This document shows positions 1 through 10,084 of a stretch of 64,000 bases of DNA, one piece after another. This DNA comes from Escherichia phage dhaeg: the sequence record MN850609.1. One strand, 5' to 3'. The position numbers and the translations under genes are program-made. Below the pieces are notes generated by a model. The model was not told where the DNA came from and made no database searches. It saw only the letters and a program-made list of their open reading frames with translations. The stretch's first letter is position 1. Every line of letters starts with the position of its first letter.

Positions 1-30
1 GTTTACTTCTGCTTTAAACATGATACTATA
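1..30 (+). promoter_or_regulatory. T4-type early promoter (GTTTAC -35, 17-nt spacer, TACTAT -10) upstream of motA
   Basis: gtttac at 1-6, tgaTACTATag at 21-31; same 30-nt block recurs at 17290-17320. Confidence 0.55.
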
Positions 31-63
31 GACCTATCAAATAAATGGTTATCGGAGATTAAA

Positions 64-696
64 ATGTCTAAAATTACTTATATCATCAAAGCTTCTGAAG
101 ACGTCCTGAATGAAAAAACGGCTTCTATCTTAGTACATATCATCAAGAATAACTTCATCACTTCAGGCGAAGTCCGTGAAGCCCTGAGTGAGCAATTTAG
201 TGCTGCGGTAGTTAATTCTAACATCGGTGTATTGATTAAGAAAGGATTCATCGAAAAATCTGGTGATGGACTGGTGGCTACAGGTGAAGCAATGGACCTA
301 GTTCAAAAAGCTGCCGACCTGTTCGCTTCTGAAAATGCTCCGGAGATGTTGGAAAAACGTAAAACTCGCAGTTCACGTGGTGTTACTCCTGAAATGGTGG
401 TATTGGCGGATGAAGTTAAATCTTTGTTAGAAGACCGTATCGAGATTCGTGAAATCGCTGAAAACCGTAGCAATCTTGAAGTTCGATTCGCTAAACGTAC
501 CAACGGTATTCGCCAAATCGAAGTCCGTCGTGACGGAATGATGCGTATCTTCGGTTATAATATGACCGATAAAGAAAAACAAGTGTTTACTTCCTTGAAT
601 CTTGATGTTAAGATTAAGACTGGTGGTAAGAATACTTATATCGACTTCCAAAATGTATCATCTGAAGTTATCAAAACCGTAACCAACGCAATTTAA
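64..696 (+). CDS. motA: MotA middle-transcription activator
   Basis: 210 aa; N-terminal MSKxTYIIKAS...NVVNSNIGVLIKKG...KSGDGL and central RTNGIR blocks match T4 MotA (about 211 aa) as I recall it. Confidence 0.85.
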   Translation: MSKITYIIKASEDVLNEKTASILVHIIKNNFITSGEVREALSEQFSAAVVNSNIGVLIKKGFIEKSGDGLVATGEAMDLVQKAADLFASENAPEMLEKRKTRSSRGVTPEMVVLADEVKSLLEDRIEIREIAENRSNLEVRFAKRTNGIRQIEVRRDGMMRIFGYNMTDKEKQVFTSLNLDVKIKTGGKNTYIDFQNVSSEVIKTVTNAI

Positions 697-714
697 CTGA
701 CTGAGGAAATTATT

Positions 715-1044
715 ATGAACAAGCTTAATATTGTTAATGAACTTCGTCGCTGTGCAGAACCTACTCAAGAAGGTTGGGATATTTGGTACCATGGCGCTTA
801 TCTCGGCACTATTGTTAAGATTAAAGCAGGTAAATACTTAATCATCCGTGGTGGTTCTGAAGCTTCTATGGGAATTCGTAAGAACTTTATGGCAGCCATC
901 AGCACCTTTGTTCCGGCTGCTTATGAAGTCTATAAAGCCGACTACAAAGAATACCAGGAATCACAACCGGTTATTCGTTCAATTGGTGTAAATAAAGCTC
1001 AACAGAAAACTTTATGGCAACGTGTTAAAGGATGGTTCAAATGA
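715..1044 (+). CDS. hypothetical early protein (arn.x-like position)
   Basis: 109-aa ORF with GAGGA Shine-Dalgarno 8 nt upstream; position between motA and arn as in T4. Confidence 0.5.
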   Translation: MNKLNIVNELRRCAEPTQEGWDIWYHGAYLGTIVKIKAGKYLIIRGGSEASMGIRKNFMAAISTFVPAAYEVYKADYKEYQESQPVIRSIGVNKAQQKTLWQRVKGWFK

Positions 1045-1391
1045 TTCCAATGGAACTTAACTGGGACGGCGAAGGCCATTCCCTTAAATTGATTGAAGAA
1101 CCTCGCGAAGAACAACGTAATGCCTGGAATGAAATGGCTTCCTTAGTTAACGGTGTTAAGAAAGTATACCAGCTTAATCTCCGTATTCATGACGTGACTC
1201 TTGAATTTGGTATGCAGTTAAATAGATTTTTAGCTATGATTGCTAAGGAAGAAGTTTCTATCAACCCATACGGTAAAGGTCAAATTGTGAACATCAGTTT
1301 ATCTTCTTCGGATGAGGATATGTTGATAGAAACAGGTTCCAAAATCCAATCATTTTCCAAAGTTAAAGGCTATAAGGTGATTGTGAAATGA
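1041..1391 (+). CDS. hypothetical early protein
   Basis: ORF in ATGA overlap with upstream stop (translational coupling); 116 aa from ATG at 1041. Confidence 0.45.
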   Translation: MIPMELNWDGEGHSLKLIEEPREEQRNAWNEMASLVNGVKKVYQLNLRIHDVTLEFGMQLNRFLAMIAKEEVSINPYGKGQIVNISLSSSDEDMLIETGSKIQSFSKVKGYKVIVK

Positions 1392-1876
1392 ATCCGTTAA
1401 AAGGTAAAGAATTATCCTTTAAAGACCGTATGGCCTTGTTAGATAAAGCTCTTTCTCGCGAGACGCCTGAAAGCTTAGCAGCTAAATTACGAGCCTATGG
1501 TGATTACGCTGAATATTCGGAAGAGGATGTTTTAGAAGAGGTTCCTGAAATCTGTTGGCAGATTGCTCATTGGAATAACAATGAAAAATACCAACGTCGA
1601 ATTGTATGCGCAGCCAATCGCTTTAAGTTAAAAGACGGTGGGACTCTGGTTATTCCAGGAGCCCGACATTATTCAAAAGATATGGCAGAAGTGCTTGACC
1701 AAGTAAGTGATAAACTTGTGTCAGAGCATGTTTGTGGTGATGACCAAGGATTTATCGACCAATACTCAAACTATTGGACTCGCGAAGAAGCAATGATTAT
1801 TGCAACATATGCTAATCAAGTTCGTATTGAACGTGGTGGTAGTGAAAAAGAACTTTACTCTGAGGACCTTTACTAA
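1388..1876 (+). CDS. hypothetical early protein, 162 aa
   Basis: ATGA overlap with upstream gene; no recognisable motif. Confidence 0.5.
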   Translation: MNPLKGKELSFKDRMALLDKALSRETPESLAAKLRAYGDYAEYSEEDVLEEVPEICWQIAHWNNNEKYQRRIVCAANRFKLKDGGTLVIPGARHYSKDMAEVLDQVSDKLVSEHVCGDDQGFIDQYSNYWTREEAMIIATYANQVRIERGGSEKELYSEDLY

Positions 1877-2157
1877 TGAATCTTAAACAACTCCAGATTG
1901 ATGCAATCGAAGCCCATATCAACCATATTAAACGTCTGAATGTTATGCTGGAAGACAACTGGGGAACTTATGTCAACCAACCGGCTTGGGATGCATTAGA
2001 CCATGAATATATAAAGAATATTAGTTCTAAGACAATCCATGGGAATATGGAAGGGTTGAAGCCGTTCCTACGTGATATGTATATTGCAACTAATAAAGAA
2101 ATTATCAGTTCTCTTGAATATCAATTAAGGAAATTACGTGAACAACCTTGTAGCTAA
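1876..2157 (+). CDS. arn: putative Arn (anti-restriction, McrBC inhibitor) by position and size
   Basis: 93-aa ORF directly upstream of asiA, as arn is in T4 (about 92 aa); sequence identity not verified. Confidence 0.4.
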   Translation: MNLKQLQIDAIEAHINHIKRLNVMLEDNWGTYVNQPAWDALDHEYIKNISSKTIHGNMEGLKPFLRDMYIATNKEIISSLEYQLRKLREQPCS

Positions 2158-2246
2158 GCACGATTTCAATAAGGCTTCAGTCCATAAGGACAAGAAGAAA
2201 AATTTTAAAGAGTCCAAGCGTAAGCAGAAACATAAGGGTAAAGGCT

Positions 2247-2411
2247 ATGAGTCATAACTTAGAGAATACTGTAACAGGTATGCGTACGCGTGAGCAGGAG
2301 TGCTTTGAGGAATTCCTAGGAGCTGATTTTAAGTTCCAGGAACCTATTGAAGAAATGTATCAGGAATATGTTGTACGGATGAAAAATCATGTGTACAACC
2401 CAGAAGAATAG
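2247..2411 (+). CDS. small hypothetical ORF (54 aa)
   Basis: ATG-initiated open frame in the 313-nt gap between arn and asiA; below the ORF-track length cutoff. Confidence 0.25.
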   Translation: MSHNLENTVTGMRTREQECFEEFLGADFKFQEPIEEMYQEYVVRMKNHVYNPEE

Positions 2412-2469
2412 TGTTACAATATTCTTACTGAATAAATGAATGTCCTATTGAATACTTGAGTAAATTAAA

Positions 2470-2745
2470 ATGACTAAAATTGAAATCGTTTCCGAAATTG
2501 CTACTATTGTTTCTATTTTGATTAAAACGGATTGTGAAGACATCATGCAACGTCGTGATGAGTTTATTGCCTTTTTGAATGAGTTGGGTATTCGTAATGA
2601 ACATGGAAAGGAACTTAATGGCCTATCTTTTAATAAACTCTTTAAGTCTTTAACTGAAGATGAACGTGATACTCTTATTGAGCAATTTAATGAAGGGTAT
2701 GAAGATATACACCGTTATCTAATGATGTATACCTCCAATTTTTAA
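2470..2745 (+). CDS. asiA: AsiA anti-sigma70 factor
   Basis: 91 aa; blocks IASILIK, FIAFLNE, LIEQFNEGYE and RYLMMYT match T4 AsiA (90 aa) from memory. Confidence 0.85.
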   Translation: MTKIEIVSEIATIVSILIKTDCEDIMQRRDEFIAFLNELGIRNEHGKELNGLSFNKLFKSLTEDERDTLIEQFNEGYEDIHRYLMMYTSNF

Positions 2746-3395
2746 CGAGTTCGACCTAATGTTCTCCCAGCCTGACCACACATAGACGAAAGTCTAGGAA
2801 ATCCTAAATCCGGTTTGATATCGTACCAATATAATGATATCGAGCCGGCATAGATGTTATCCAAATTAAAAAACGGGCATGAAAACATATAAGTGAAATG
2901 GGTTTTCTCCTTTGTAGGGAGAAACACAGATTCAGTAGATGATTCAAAATAGTTCCCGTTAACTCCCGCCATATACTCTACTGACGTTTTGTCAATCGGG
3001 AATCCTCCCGTATTTTTTGCGTCTACCGTTTCCGGTAATTTACCCTCATAAGCTACCATATCCACAAAATAATTCATGTTGGTTGGCCTAAAAGAATATA
3101 TTGCTGTGAAGTCTGCGCCTGAAGAAGAATGCACTATTCGGAGCTGCTCGATAGCCGCAATTTTAAATCTATTGTCCTGGTCTTGTCTAATCATTTCAGT
3201 ATAAGAGGCATAAGTTGTCTCTTTGTAAAAGTTTAGAATATGCTCGCCTTTATACCAAACCAATGCCATAAAGAACAATAATATTACGACTAGGACCCGG
3301 GAAAAAACTACTTTCCCGGAAGAAGTATCTTTAAAAATTCTATCAAGAAGTCCAAAAAGTAGGTCTGTTATTGAAAATCCTACTTTTGGTTCCAT
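2742..3395 (-). CDS. t: holin T
   Basis: 217 aa; DLLFGLLDRIFKD..GKV..SRV.VVILLF.MA.VWY N-terminus, single TM then large periplasmic domain, C-terminal NLDNIYAG; matches T4 T holin (218 aa). Confidence 0.9.
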   Translation of the reverse strand: MEPKVGFSITDLLFGLLDRIFKDTSSGKVVFSRVLVVILLFFMALVWYKGEHILNFYKETTYASYTEMIRQDQDNRFKIAAIEQLRIVHSSSGADFTAIYSFRPTNMNYFVDMVAYEGKLPETVDAKNTGGFPIDKTSVEYMAGVNGNYFESSTESVFLPTKEKTHFTYMFSCPFFNLDNIYAGSISLYWYDIKPDLGFPRLSSMCGQAGRTLGRTR

Positions 3396-3413
3396 ACTTT
3401 TCTCCTTTAAAGA

Positions 3414-3421
3414 TATTTATA
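3414..3421 (-). promoter_or_regulatory. late promoter TATAAATA for t
   Basis: reverse complement of tatttata gives TATAAATA about 19 nt upstream of the t start codon. Confidence 0.6.
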
Positions 3422-3432
3422 ATACAGAAGTA

Positions 3433-4221
3433 TTAAACTCGGCTGCCGTGAATAGTACCAACGTTTTGCCAAGAAGGAGCATTACCTGTAACGGCTGCAC
3501 CAGCAGAACCACCTGCAGAAGTATAAACGTTAGAACCCCATCCTCGTCCGCCGCCAGCACCAACGTTACCACCATTACCTGCACCGTATTGGACCGTGGT
3601 ACCACCTGTGCCTGCAGCAGTTAGGGATGCGTTTGAACCTGACAATATGCTATCTGAACCGATTTTGCCGCCGACACCAAATGGTCTACCACCACCGCCA
3701 CCACAGGAACCGTTAGTCGGGTAGTTATTTTGCAATGATACTGCGCCACCGCCACCGCCACCACCAGCAATAGTACCGTTGTTCCGAATGCGTAATTTGG
3801 TTCCTGCTGAGTTACGTATCGCAACACCGCCATTTCCACCTGCTGAACCGTTAGTTGAACCATTACCGCCGCGTCCATAAACAGTTACACCACTATTAAT
3901 AGTAAGTTGAATATATGCATTAGGAAGGTCGCTAGGAAATTCTAAACAAGCATTACCTGTACTATTAGATACTATGTTGCCGGTTACTGTGATAACGACA
4001 GGCGCACTGCCTTGGGCCCTCATCCAATTAATTAGTGTATTTTTGTCATAAGAGTTATTAGCCCCTATTGAATAGTAAATTTCTTTTGATTGGTTAGCCA
4101 TTGAACCCATCCAACCAGGAACAGCTACACGAACGTCTCGCATTGCCGCATCCATCCAACGTTGACCTGTTTCATCAACTGCGGATTGTCCAATCCAACC
4201 AGGTAATCCTACAATTGCCAT
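3433..4221 (-). CDS. 38: gp38 receptor-recognising adhesin, T2-type with glycine-rich motifs
   Basis: 262 aa; N-terminus MAIVGLPGWIGQSAVDE typical of T2-type gp38; poly-Gly tracts (GGGGGGG, GGGGGRPFGVGG) separated by variable segments. Confidence 0.8.
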   Translation of the reverse strand: MAIVGLPGWIGQSAVDETGQRWMDAAMRDVRVAVPGWMGSMANQSKEIYYSIGANNSYDKNTLINWMRAQGSAPVVITVTGNIVSNSTGNACLEFPSDLPNAYIQLTINSGVTVYGRGGNGSTNGSAGGNGGVAIRNSAGTKLRIRNNGTIAGGGGGGGAVSLQNNYPTNGSCGGGGGRPFGVGGKIGSDSILSGSNASLTAAGTGGTTVQYGAGNGGNVGAGGGRGWGSNVYTSAGGSAGAAVTGNAPSWQNVGTIHGSRV

Positions 4222-4232
4222 TATAAATCCTT

Positions 4233-4250
4233 AGAGGGCCGAAGCCCTCT
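4233..4250 (-). other. stem-loop between genes 37 and 38 (agagggc-cgaa-gccctct)
   Basis: perfect 7-bp GC-rich inverted repeat with 4-nt loop; no T-run follows on the minus strand, so likely an RNA stability or processing hairpin rather than a terminator. Confidence 0.4.
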
Positions 4251-4252
4251 TA

Positions 4253-7200
4253 TTAGTTTAACTTAGCTTCAAGTTCTTTTACTTTAGCCGACAGGGTTTT
4301 AACTGCTTCAATTAATAGAGCAACTTGTGCCTGAGTCGAAACTGTCAGAACTTTATTACCTTTGATATCTTCAACTTCACGAATAGCTTCAGGTAATACA
4401 TCATTCAATTTCTGAGCAATAACACCAGCTTCAGTATGAACAACCTCTCCACCAATATAATCAGCTTTATCATAGATTAAACCATCAAGCTGTTCAACCT
4501 TTTCAAGAGCGTTTTCAATTGGTTTGAAGTTTGATTTCAAACGAATATCAGAACGAATATAAACGTTTGGAGCATTTATATTCATATCTGAATAAGTGTC
4601 GCCACCTTGGAATCTCATTCGGCGGGCGGCATTGGTCCAAACTTCTAAAAGCCCGTCACCAACTTGTCTGAAACCCGTATCGTTATCGCCAATTGCAATC
4701 GAGTTACCACCCCAGGCATTAGTTGTGTTGACACCAAAGGCACCAATTTGAGGCGTATTAATCTTGGTATTAACGTTAAGAGTAGTTATACCGTTTACTT
4801 CACACTGGTTATATGAAGAACGGTTTGCACCACCTGGAGTTTTTTCGAAATAAACAATATAATTTGATTCGTCAGCTATTTCAATACGGTTTCCACGAGA
4901 AGCATCACCTGCATGGAATATACACATGTTTCTCGGGTTCGCCCCAGACTTATCAAAGTTAATGCTTCCATTATTTTTGAGGTTAAGGCCATTATAAAAC
5001 TCTGCAACTCCAGAAACACTCATAGAGTTTGAAATAGTTACTTTACCGGAAGCAATATTGATAGAAAAAGGCCTTAAACTGTTGTTAGAACCAGAGGCTT
5101 TAGTCTTATCAGTGTCAGTGTTCTTATCTGTTAATAATATATGGAACGTCGTACCATCATTATAAAACAGAGTAGCGGCAGAACCACTTTCATCACCATT
5201 GGATTTATGGCGGAAACCTACAGTTGTATTAGCAACAAAGGTGGCATTTGTAGAAATATTAGAACTACCCGCGTCAAAAACGTCTGAGCTATTATTAAGA
5301 AGTTTAAAAACACGACCTTTAACAGTATCTACAGGAAGCTCTTCTACCGGTGATTGCGTAGGCCCGTATAATCCATGAACTACTACTGAGGCGTTTTCTG
5401 AAGTGCTATATTCTAGAGTAAGTCTATTTAAATAAGTGCCACAATTAATATAAACATCATACTCATCGCCTGAGGTATTAACATACGCAATATCTTTAAT
5501 AGCATCTGTTTCACGTTGCCATAAAACACCGTTAATTCCTTTAGGCGTATTATTACCAGAACGTAATACAATTTCATTAATTGTTGCTTGTTTGAAAATA
5601 CCAACGTTAAAACCAGAGCCGCCTGTTATTTTAAATTGGACCGTAGCTACACCTTGAGGCATATTTACTGTTGCCAATTTATACCAACCACTTGCAGAAG
5701 AATAGTTAATCCAGCCCGTGGTAACTTTGCGGTCTAAAGTAGTATTCAGGTTAGAGAAATTACCAGAACCACCAGTGATATTACCATCCGTACCTAGATA
5801 AACAGAACCGCCAGCAGAAACACGTTTAGGAGATACAAAATCACCTGATTTAGTGAATTCCCAACCGTAGTCCGCAATCTGAGCACCGGTCGAACCACCA
5901 TCACCACCAGCATGATAATGAACGCGGAAGTTGCCGTTATTCAACAAAGTACCGATTGAAAAACATCCATTACCCTGAACATAACGTTGCTTAATCATTG
6001 GAACATAAGTGCTAGTATCATCTCGGTCAATATTCATGTAGAATGGAGCGCGGACATTTTCATTATTCTGGGAAGCAAATGAACCTGCACCAGCTGAACG
6101 ACCATTTGCATCCATCAAAGCATTTATATAAGCACCGTTTTCCAGGTCCATACGATAGTTAGGGTTAATTTTAGAATGACTGTTAATTGTAATCAAGAAT
6201 GCTTTGGTATCAATATTCAGCAGGCCATCGCCTCGAGCCGAGTTGCCTATCATTAAAGAATGGCCTATATTAATTGCGCCAGTACCTAATTCAATACTAA
6301 ATGGACGTAAATTGCTTATCGGCCCGTTTTCCCCTTCGTTTTCATTGGTTGGGATAATATGCAATGATGTTTCTGAGCGGCGGAAAATAGCCCCATACCG
6401 GTCGTTCCAAATTCTTAATGCGTCGTTAACGCCACCAATTTTAACCTGGCCGCTTATATTAGCGCCGCCGCGAATAGCCGCTCCATTTTCAAAAGTAACA
6501 CCACCACCAAAAGAACCTTTACCTGAAGCGGTAATATCGCCAAGACCAACGATATGACCTGTTTCAACAGTTCCGTTAAACTTAAAATTAACAGGTCCTA
6601 CACCACCAGCAACGGATGGATTAGTACGTTGAGCATAGAAATAATATCCTTGTGAGTCTGATACTTCGAATACAGTTTCTCTATTACCACCGCCCGCGTT
6701 AAATGAGTTACCCCATGCCTTAATTGTAACGGTATTTTTGTTCTGGCCATTTCGGGTGCCGGCGTCCCAGTTAATGGTTTTAGTACCATCTACACCGGAA
6801 GGAGCTTTAAATGATAATGCATTGGTATTATCATCACCGTTTAAAAATAAACCAGTACGCATAGAAATGCGATTGGTGGAGTCAAATGTACCATCTGCTC
6901 TAATAGCAACTCTATTGGACCCGGTTTTAACATCTAAAATACCCGGCTCAACAAGAAGCCCGTCGCCCATACTAACAGACATACGACCTTGGCCACGGAA
7001 ATAGTGATACATCTTTGCATTGCTGCTATAACCGATATGAGTCTGCCCATCACCGTTATTATTATCGTCGACATCAGTGCGTGCAGTAAACATTGCTTGG
7101 TTGTTATTTGGGAAATCCCATGTAGTACCTGAATCACGGCTATAACCAACCATCAATTTCTTAGTGCTATTAATACCGTTATTCAAAATGGTAGCAGATG

Positions 7201-8227
7201 AAATACCATTAGCCATGAAATCAATAACACCATCGCGGACCCATTTAATACCGGTATCGTTATCGCCAATTGCAATACCAATAGAAATGGCGGAATCTAA
7301 AGGATAGCGTCCATTTGTACCGTTATCCGGAAGACCTACTGAAATAGATTTACCCGCAGTAATACGTCCAGAGTTATCAAACGCCCATTGGAAAGATGAA
7401 GGACCTACACCAGTCCACCAAGAAATTTCTTGTGGTTTACCTTTGCGACAATCAGCAATTTCATGGAAAATACTTGATGCACTTGATGCACGCAATTTAC
7501 GCAAATAGTTTAAACCGTTAGTAGTATCATCAGAGCCATCAGCAGGTGGATTATAAACCCAGGTAGGTAATGAAACCCAATCATACCCGATGTTGGCGTT
7601 AGCTACAAATGTTTTTGTACTGAAATTAATATTTTTGGTAACAATTTCAGGACCGGTGATAATACCATTAGCTGAATTTATGTTTCCTGATGCAGAAATA
7701 TTACCTGCTGATACCATTAAACTACCGCTATCAACTTGAAAATTACCATTACGATTAAAGGTCCAATATTTTGAATCACCTGTTTCATTAATATAGTGGA
7801 ATTTAAAACTGCCTTCGTTTACTAATGTACCTGCTGAAAAAGTACCGTCTTTATAACGTTGCTTAATCAAAGGGTGGTATTCTGAAACAGAAGTAGTTGA
7901 ACTCAAATCTGTAAAGATAGGGGCTTTATTCAGATGTTGGTTAGCCCAGGCGCCGTTGCCAGCTGTTTTAGGCAGGAATTCGATGTATTTACCTGCATAA
8001 ACATATTGGTTGCCATTGAGGTTAAATGTCCCGTTTTGAAGAACATCCCCATCAATGGTCCCACCCTTTGCAAAGCCTAAATCAATAATCTGACCTTGGT
8101 CTGACTTAGTAAAAATAGTGCGATCACGCAAGTTAATAGCCAGTTCACCTTCATCTAACTGGGCTGCAGTAGGCTTGGCTCCTGCTATTTTACTTCTTTT
8201 AAATTGTATCGATTTTAAAGTAGCCAT
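4253..8227 (-). CDS. 37: long tail fibre distal subunit gp37
   Basis: 1324 aa; position between gp36 and gp38; Gly/Asn/Thr/Ser-rich fibrous composition; size fits T2-type gp37. Confidence 0.85.
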   Translation of the reverse strand: MATLKSIQFKRSKIAGAKPTAAQLDEGELAINLRDRTIFTKSDQGQIIDLGFAKGGTIDGDVLQNGTFNLNGNQYVYAGKYIEFLPKTAGNGAWANQHLNKAPIFTDLSSTTSVSEYHPLIKQRYKDGTFSAGTLVNEGSFKFHYINETGDSKYWTFNRNGNFQVDSGSLMVSAGNISASGNINSANGIITGPEIVTKNINFSTKTFVANANIGYDWVSLPTWVYNPPADGSDDTTNGLNYLRKLRASSASSIFHEIADCRKGKPQEISWWTGVGPSSFQWAFDNSGRITAGKSISVGLPDNGTNGRYPLDSAISIGIAIGDNDTGIKWVRDGVIDFMANGISSATILNNGINSTKKLMVGYSRDSGTTWDFPNNNQAMFTARTDVDDNNNGDGQTHIGYSSNAKMYHYFRGQGRMSVSMGDGLLVEPGILDVKTGSNRVAIRADGTFDSTNRISMRTGLFLNGDDNTNALSFKAPSGVDGTKTINWDAGTRNGQNKNTVTIKAWGNSFNAGGGNRETVFEVSDSQGYYFYAQRTNPSVAGGVGPVNFKFNGTVETGHIVGLGDITASGKGSFGGGVTFENGAAIRGGANISGQVKIGGVNDALRIWNDRYGAIFRRSETSLHIIPTNENEGENGPISNLRPFSIELGTGAINIGHSLMIGNSARGDGLLNIDTKAFLITINSHSKINPNYRMDLENGAYINALMDANGRSAGAGSFASQNNENVRAPFYMNIDRDDTSTYVPMIKQRYVQGNGCFSIGTLLNNGNFRVHYHAGGDGGSTGAQIADYGWEFTKSGDFVSPKRVSAGGSVYLGTDGNITGGSGNFSNLNTTLDRKVTTGWINYSSASGWYKLATVNMPQGVATVQFKITGGSGFNVGIFKQATINEIVLRSGNNTPKGINGVLWQRETDAIKDIAYVNTSGDEYDVYINCGTYLNRLTLEYSTSENASVVVHGLYGPTQSPVEELPVDTVKGRVFKLLNNSSDVFDAGSSNISTNATFVANTTVGFRHKSNGDESGSAATLFYNDGTTFHILLTDKNTDTDKTKASGSNNSLRPFSINIASGKVTISNSMSVSGVAEFYNGLNLKNNGSINFDKSGANPRNMCIFHAGDASRGNRIEIADESNYIVYFEKTPGGANRSSYNQCEVNGITTLNVNTKINTPQIGAFGVNTTNAWGGNSIAIGDNDTGFRQVGDGLLEVWTNAARRMRFQGGDTYSDMNINAPNVYIRSDIRLKSNFKPIENALEKVEQLDGLIYDKADYIGGEVVHTEAGVIAQKLNDVLPEAIREVEDIKGNKVLTVSTQAQVALLIEAVKTLSAKVKELEAKLN

Positions 8228-8235
8228 AATGCCTC

Positions 8236-8895
8236 TTAATAATATCCAAAATCTTCAGATGTACCTCTAAGAACAACCTGGTCAATACGAGGAACGTGTT
8301 CGTTCAATGTACCTGGGTTCCTAGATATAAAATTCGGGGCTGAAAGAACACCAGCCATAGATTGTATGTTACTATTATTTATTTGGACCTGTTTTGCGTT
8401 ATCTACATCACTTAATCCAACCTGGGCTTTAGTAGGGGTGTTACCAGGTGAAAATACTCGACCGGATTCATCTTTAATCTGACGGCCAAGAATATCGCCC
8501 ATTACGGTAAGACGGTTAGCTCCTACTGTAGTGCTAGGGTCAAAGATTACAAATGGCGTCCCATCTGCTGTTTCAAGTCCCATACCTTTACTCATTCTAA
8601 ATGAGAAAGAATACGTAGACGACATTGGAGTAGTATTGGTTTTTCTACCTAATTTAACCCAATAACCATCCGAATCTTTAAATTGTAGGTCTTTATCAAA
8701 GTTTACAGTACCCAAATAATTCCCACCGTTGGCTTTAGAAACAAAGTCGTTATCTGCGGCTTGGGGCTTATTAAATTCGGTATAGATTTTGTAGGTTTTA
8801 TATAAAATATCATTTGATACCGGCGTCAGCGGAAAGTTACCTTGGTGCCATATAACGGAACCTCCAGCGGTTGAGCCTAATTTTAAATCAGCCAT
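8236..8895 (-). CDS. 36: long tail fibre distal connector gp36
   Basis: 219 aa (T4 gp36 about 221 aa); synteny 34-35-36-37. Confidence 0.8.
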   Translation of the reverse strand: MADLKLGSTAGGSVIWHQGNFPLTPVSNDILYKTYKIYTEFNKPQAADNDFVSKANGGNYLGTVNFDKDLQFKDSDGYWVKLGRKTNTTPMSSTYSFSFRMSKGMGLETADGTPFVIFDPSTTVGANRLTVMGDILGRQIKDESGRVFSPGNTPTKAQVGLSDVDNAKQVQINNSNIQSMAGVLSAPNFISRNPGTLNEHVPRIDQVVLRGTSEDFGYY

Positions 8896-8920
8896 AGTTA
8901 TTCCTCTTTATTAGATAACG

Positions 8921-8928
8921 TATTTATA
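8921..8928 (-). promoter_or_regulatory. late promoter TATAAATA for gene 36
   Basis: tatttata on plus strand = TATAAATA on minus, 25 nt upstream of gp36 ATG. Confidence 0.55.
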
Positions 8929-8934
8929 GCAAAA

Positions 8935-8953
8935 AGGGACCTCACGGTCCCTT
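8935..8953 (-). terminator. intrinsic terminator after gene 35
   Basis: agggacc-tcac-ggtccct hairpin followed on minus strand by TTTTT. Confidence 0.55.
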
Positions 8954-10076
8954 AATATTTTTCTTTAAATTCTTGAACAAATACTTTACCTGCGTTACCG
9001 GATGATTTATCATTCAACTGTGCAATAACATTATCCATTGAACGGGTTTCTGTACCAAAGTTCATACGAATACCGTTAACACCAATTTCAGCGGATTTAG
9101 GAGTATCTTCAGGTCTAGCTATTTCACCAAACACAACATTTCTAACACCACCTTGGCCGTCTAGGACAGTTTTTCTGGCATATAAGGTAAATCCATTAGC
9201 ATTTGGTGGAACTTCTACTACACGCTCAAAGGACATCCATGCGCCTGCCGGTGGAGAGCCAGCTCCTACAGGAATATTGATATCAGTGGATTGAAGCATT
9301 TCTTGGCCATTAAAAAATCGTATGGACATCTGGGTCGTCCCTAAATCTTTTAAAGCCTGGTCATAGGTCATTTGGAATTTAAGATAAAAGAAATCTCCTG
9401 GAACCATATTATAATCTGCACAAGGAGTTATAGTGGCTTCAGTAGGAAACCTTTTAATTTCTTGGGTAGCTCCACTATAATAAGTATTTTCATCTTCGAC
9501 AATTCTAACCGGGAATCCTGTCCCACCTACGTCATTAAAATTATCATAAACTACTTCTAACGGAGTTGAAACATCTTCAACTAAAACACCGTCGTTATAA
9601 AGAACGTGCTCCATTACAATGGCATTTCTTCCTGAAACGTAAAAAGCTGAATAAGAAGTATCCACTTTATCAATGAGCCATTTATCCGGAAAGGCCGCAG
9701 ACCCTGCAGCTCTAAACCAATCAATTAACACTTGCGAGGCGTTTAATTTGCCGGAAGAAATAAAGCAAACAATTCTACCGGCAGGTATAGAAGAAATATA
9801 AGTTATAAACGCTTGGGAAATAACATCATGGTCTTTGGTAAAGGCGTATGATTTTGTAGCCACTATTGTGTTATTTGTCGGGTCTATTTCAACCAAATTT
9901 AGCCCGGATTGGAAATTCTGAGGACCGAAGTCCTCATCTTGAAATTTAATATAAGCCTTTTTAGTAGACTTAGTACAGCTCCCTGCTATACTAAGTTTAT
10001 AACTAACGGCATTATTTTCAGATAGTACAGGAATTTGAACGTAATCTTGTCCAAATTCAGCCATAAATCTTTCCAT
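8952..10076 (-). CDS. 35: long tail fibre hinge connector gp35
   Basis: 374 aa (T4 gp35 about 372 aa); synteny. Confidence 0.8.
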   Translation of the reverse strand: MERFMAEFGQDYVQIPVLSENNAVSYKLSIAGSCTKSTKKAYIKFQDEDFGPQNFQSGLNLVEIDPTNNTIVATKSYAFTKDHDVISQAFITYISSIPAGRIVCFISSGKLNASQVLIDWFRAAGSAAFPDKWLIDKVDTSYSAFYVSGRNAIVMEHVLYNDGVLVEDVSTPLEVVYDNFNDVGGTGFPVRIVEDENTYYSGATQEIKRFPTEATITPCADYNMVPGDFFYLKFQMTYDQALKDLGTTQMSIRFFNGQEMLQSTDINIPVGAGSPPAGAWMSFERVVEVPPNANGFTLYARKTVLDGQGGVRNVVFGEIARPEDTPKSAEIGVNGIRMNFGTETRSMDNVIAQLNDKSSGNAGKVFVQEFKEKY

Positions 10077-10084
10077 ATTACCTC

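Noticed and set aside
3417-3878. 62-aa and 85-aa minus-strand ORFs
   Set aside because: Alternative frames of the gp38 glycine-rich region (GGN repeats read as Val/Ala/Pro-rich); the gp38 frame is supported by its conserved N-terminus.
6204-7149. Several 60-120-aa ORFs on both strands inside gene 37
   Set aside because: Embedded in the 1324-aa tail fibre ORF; no independent start signals; Pro/Ser-rich antisense composition.
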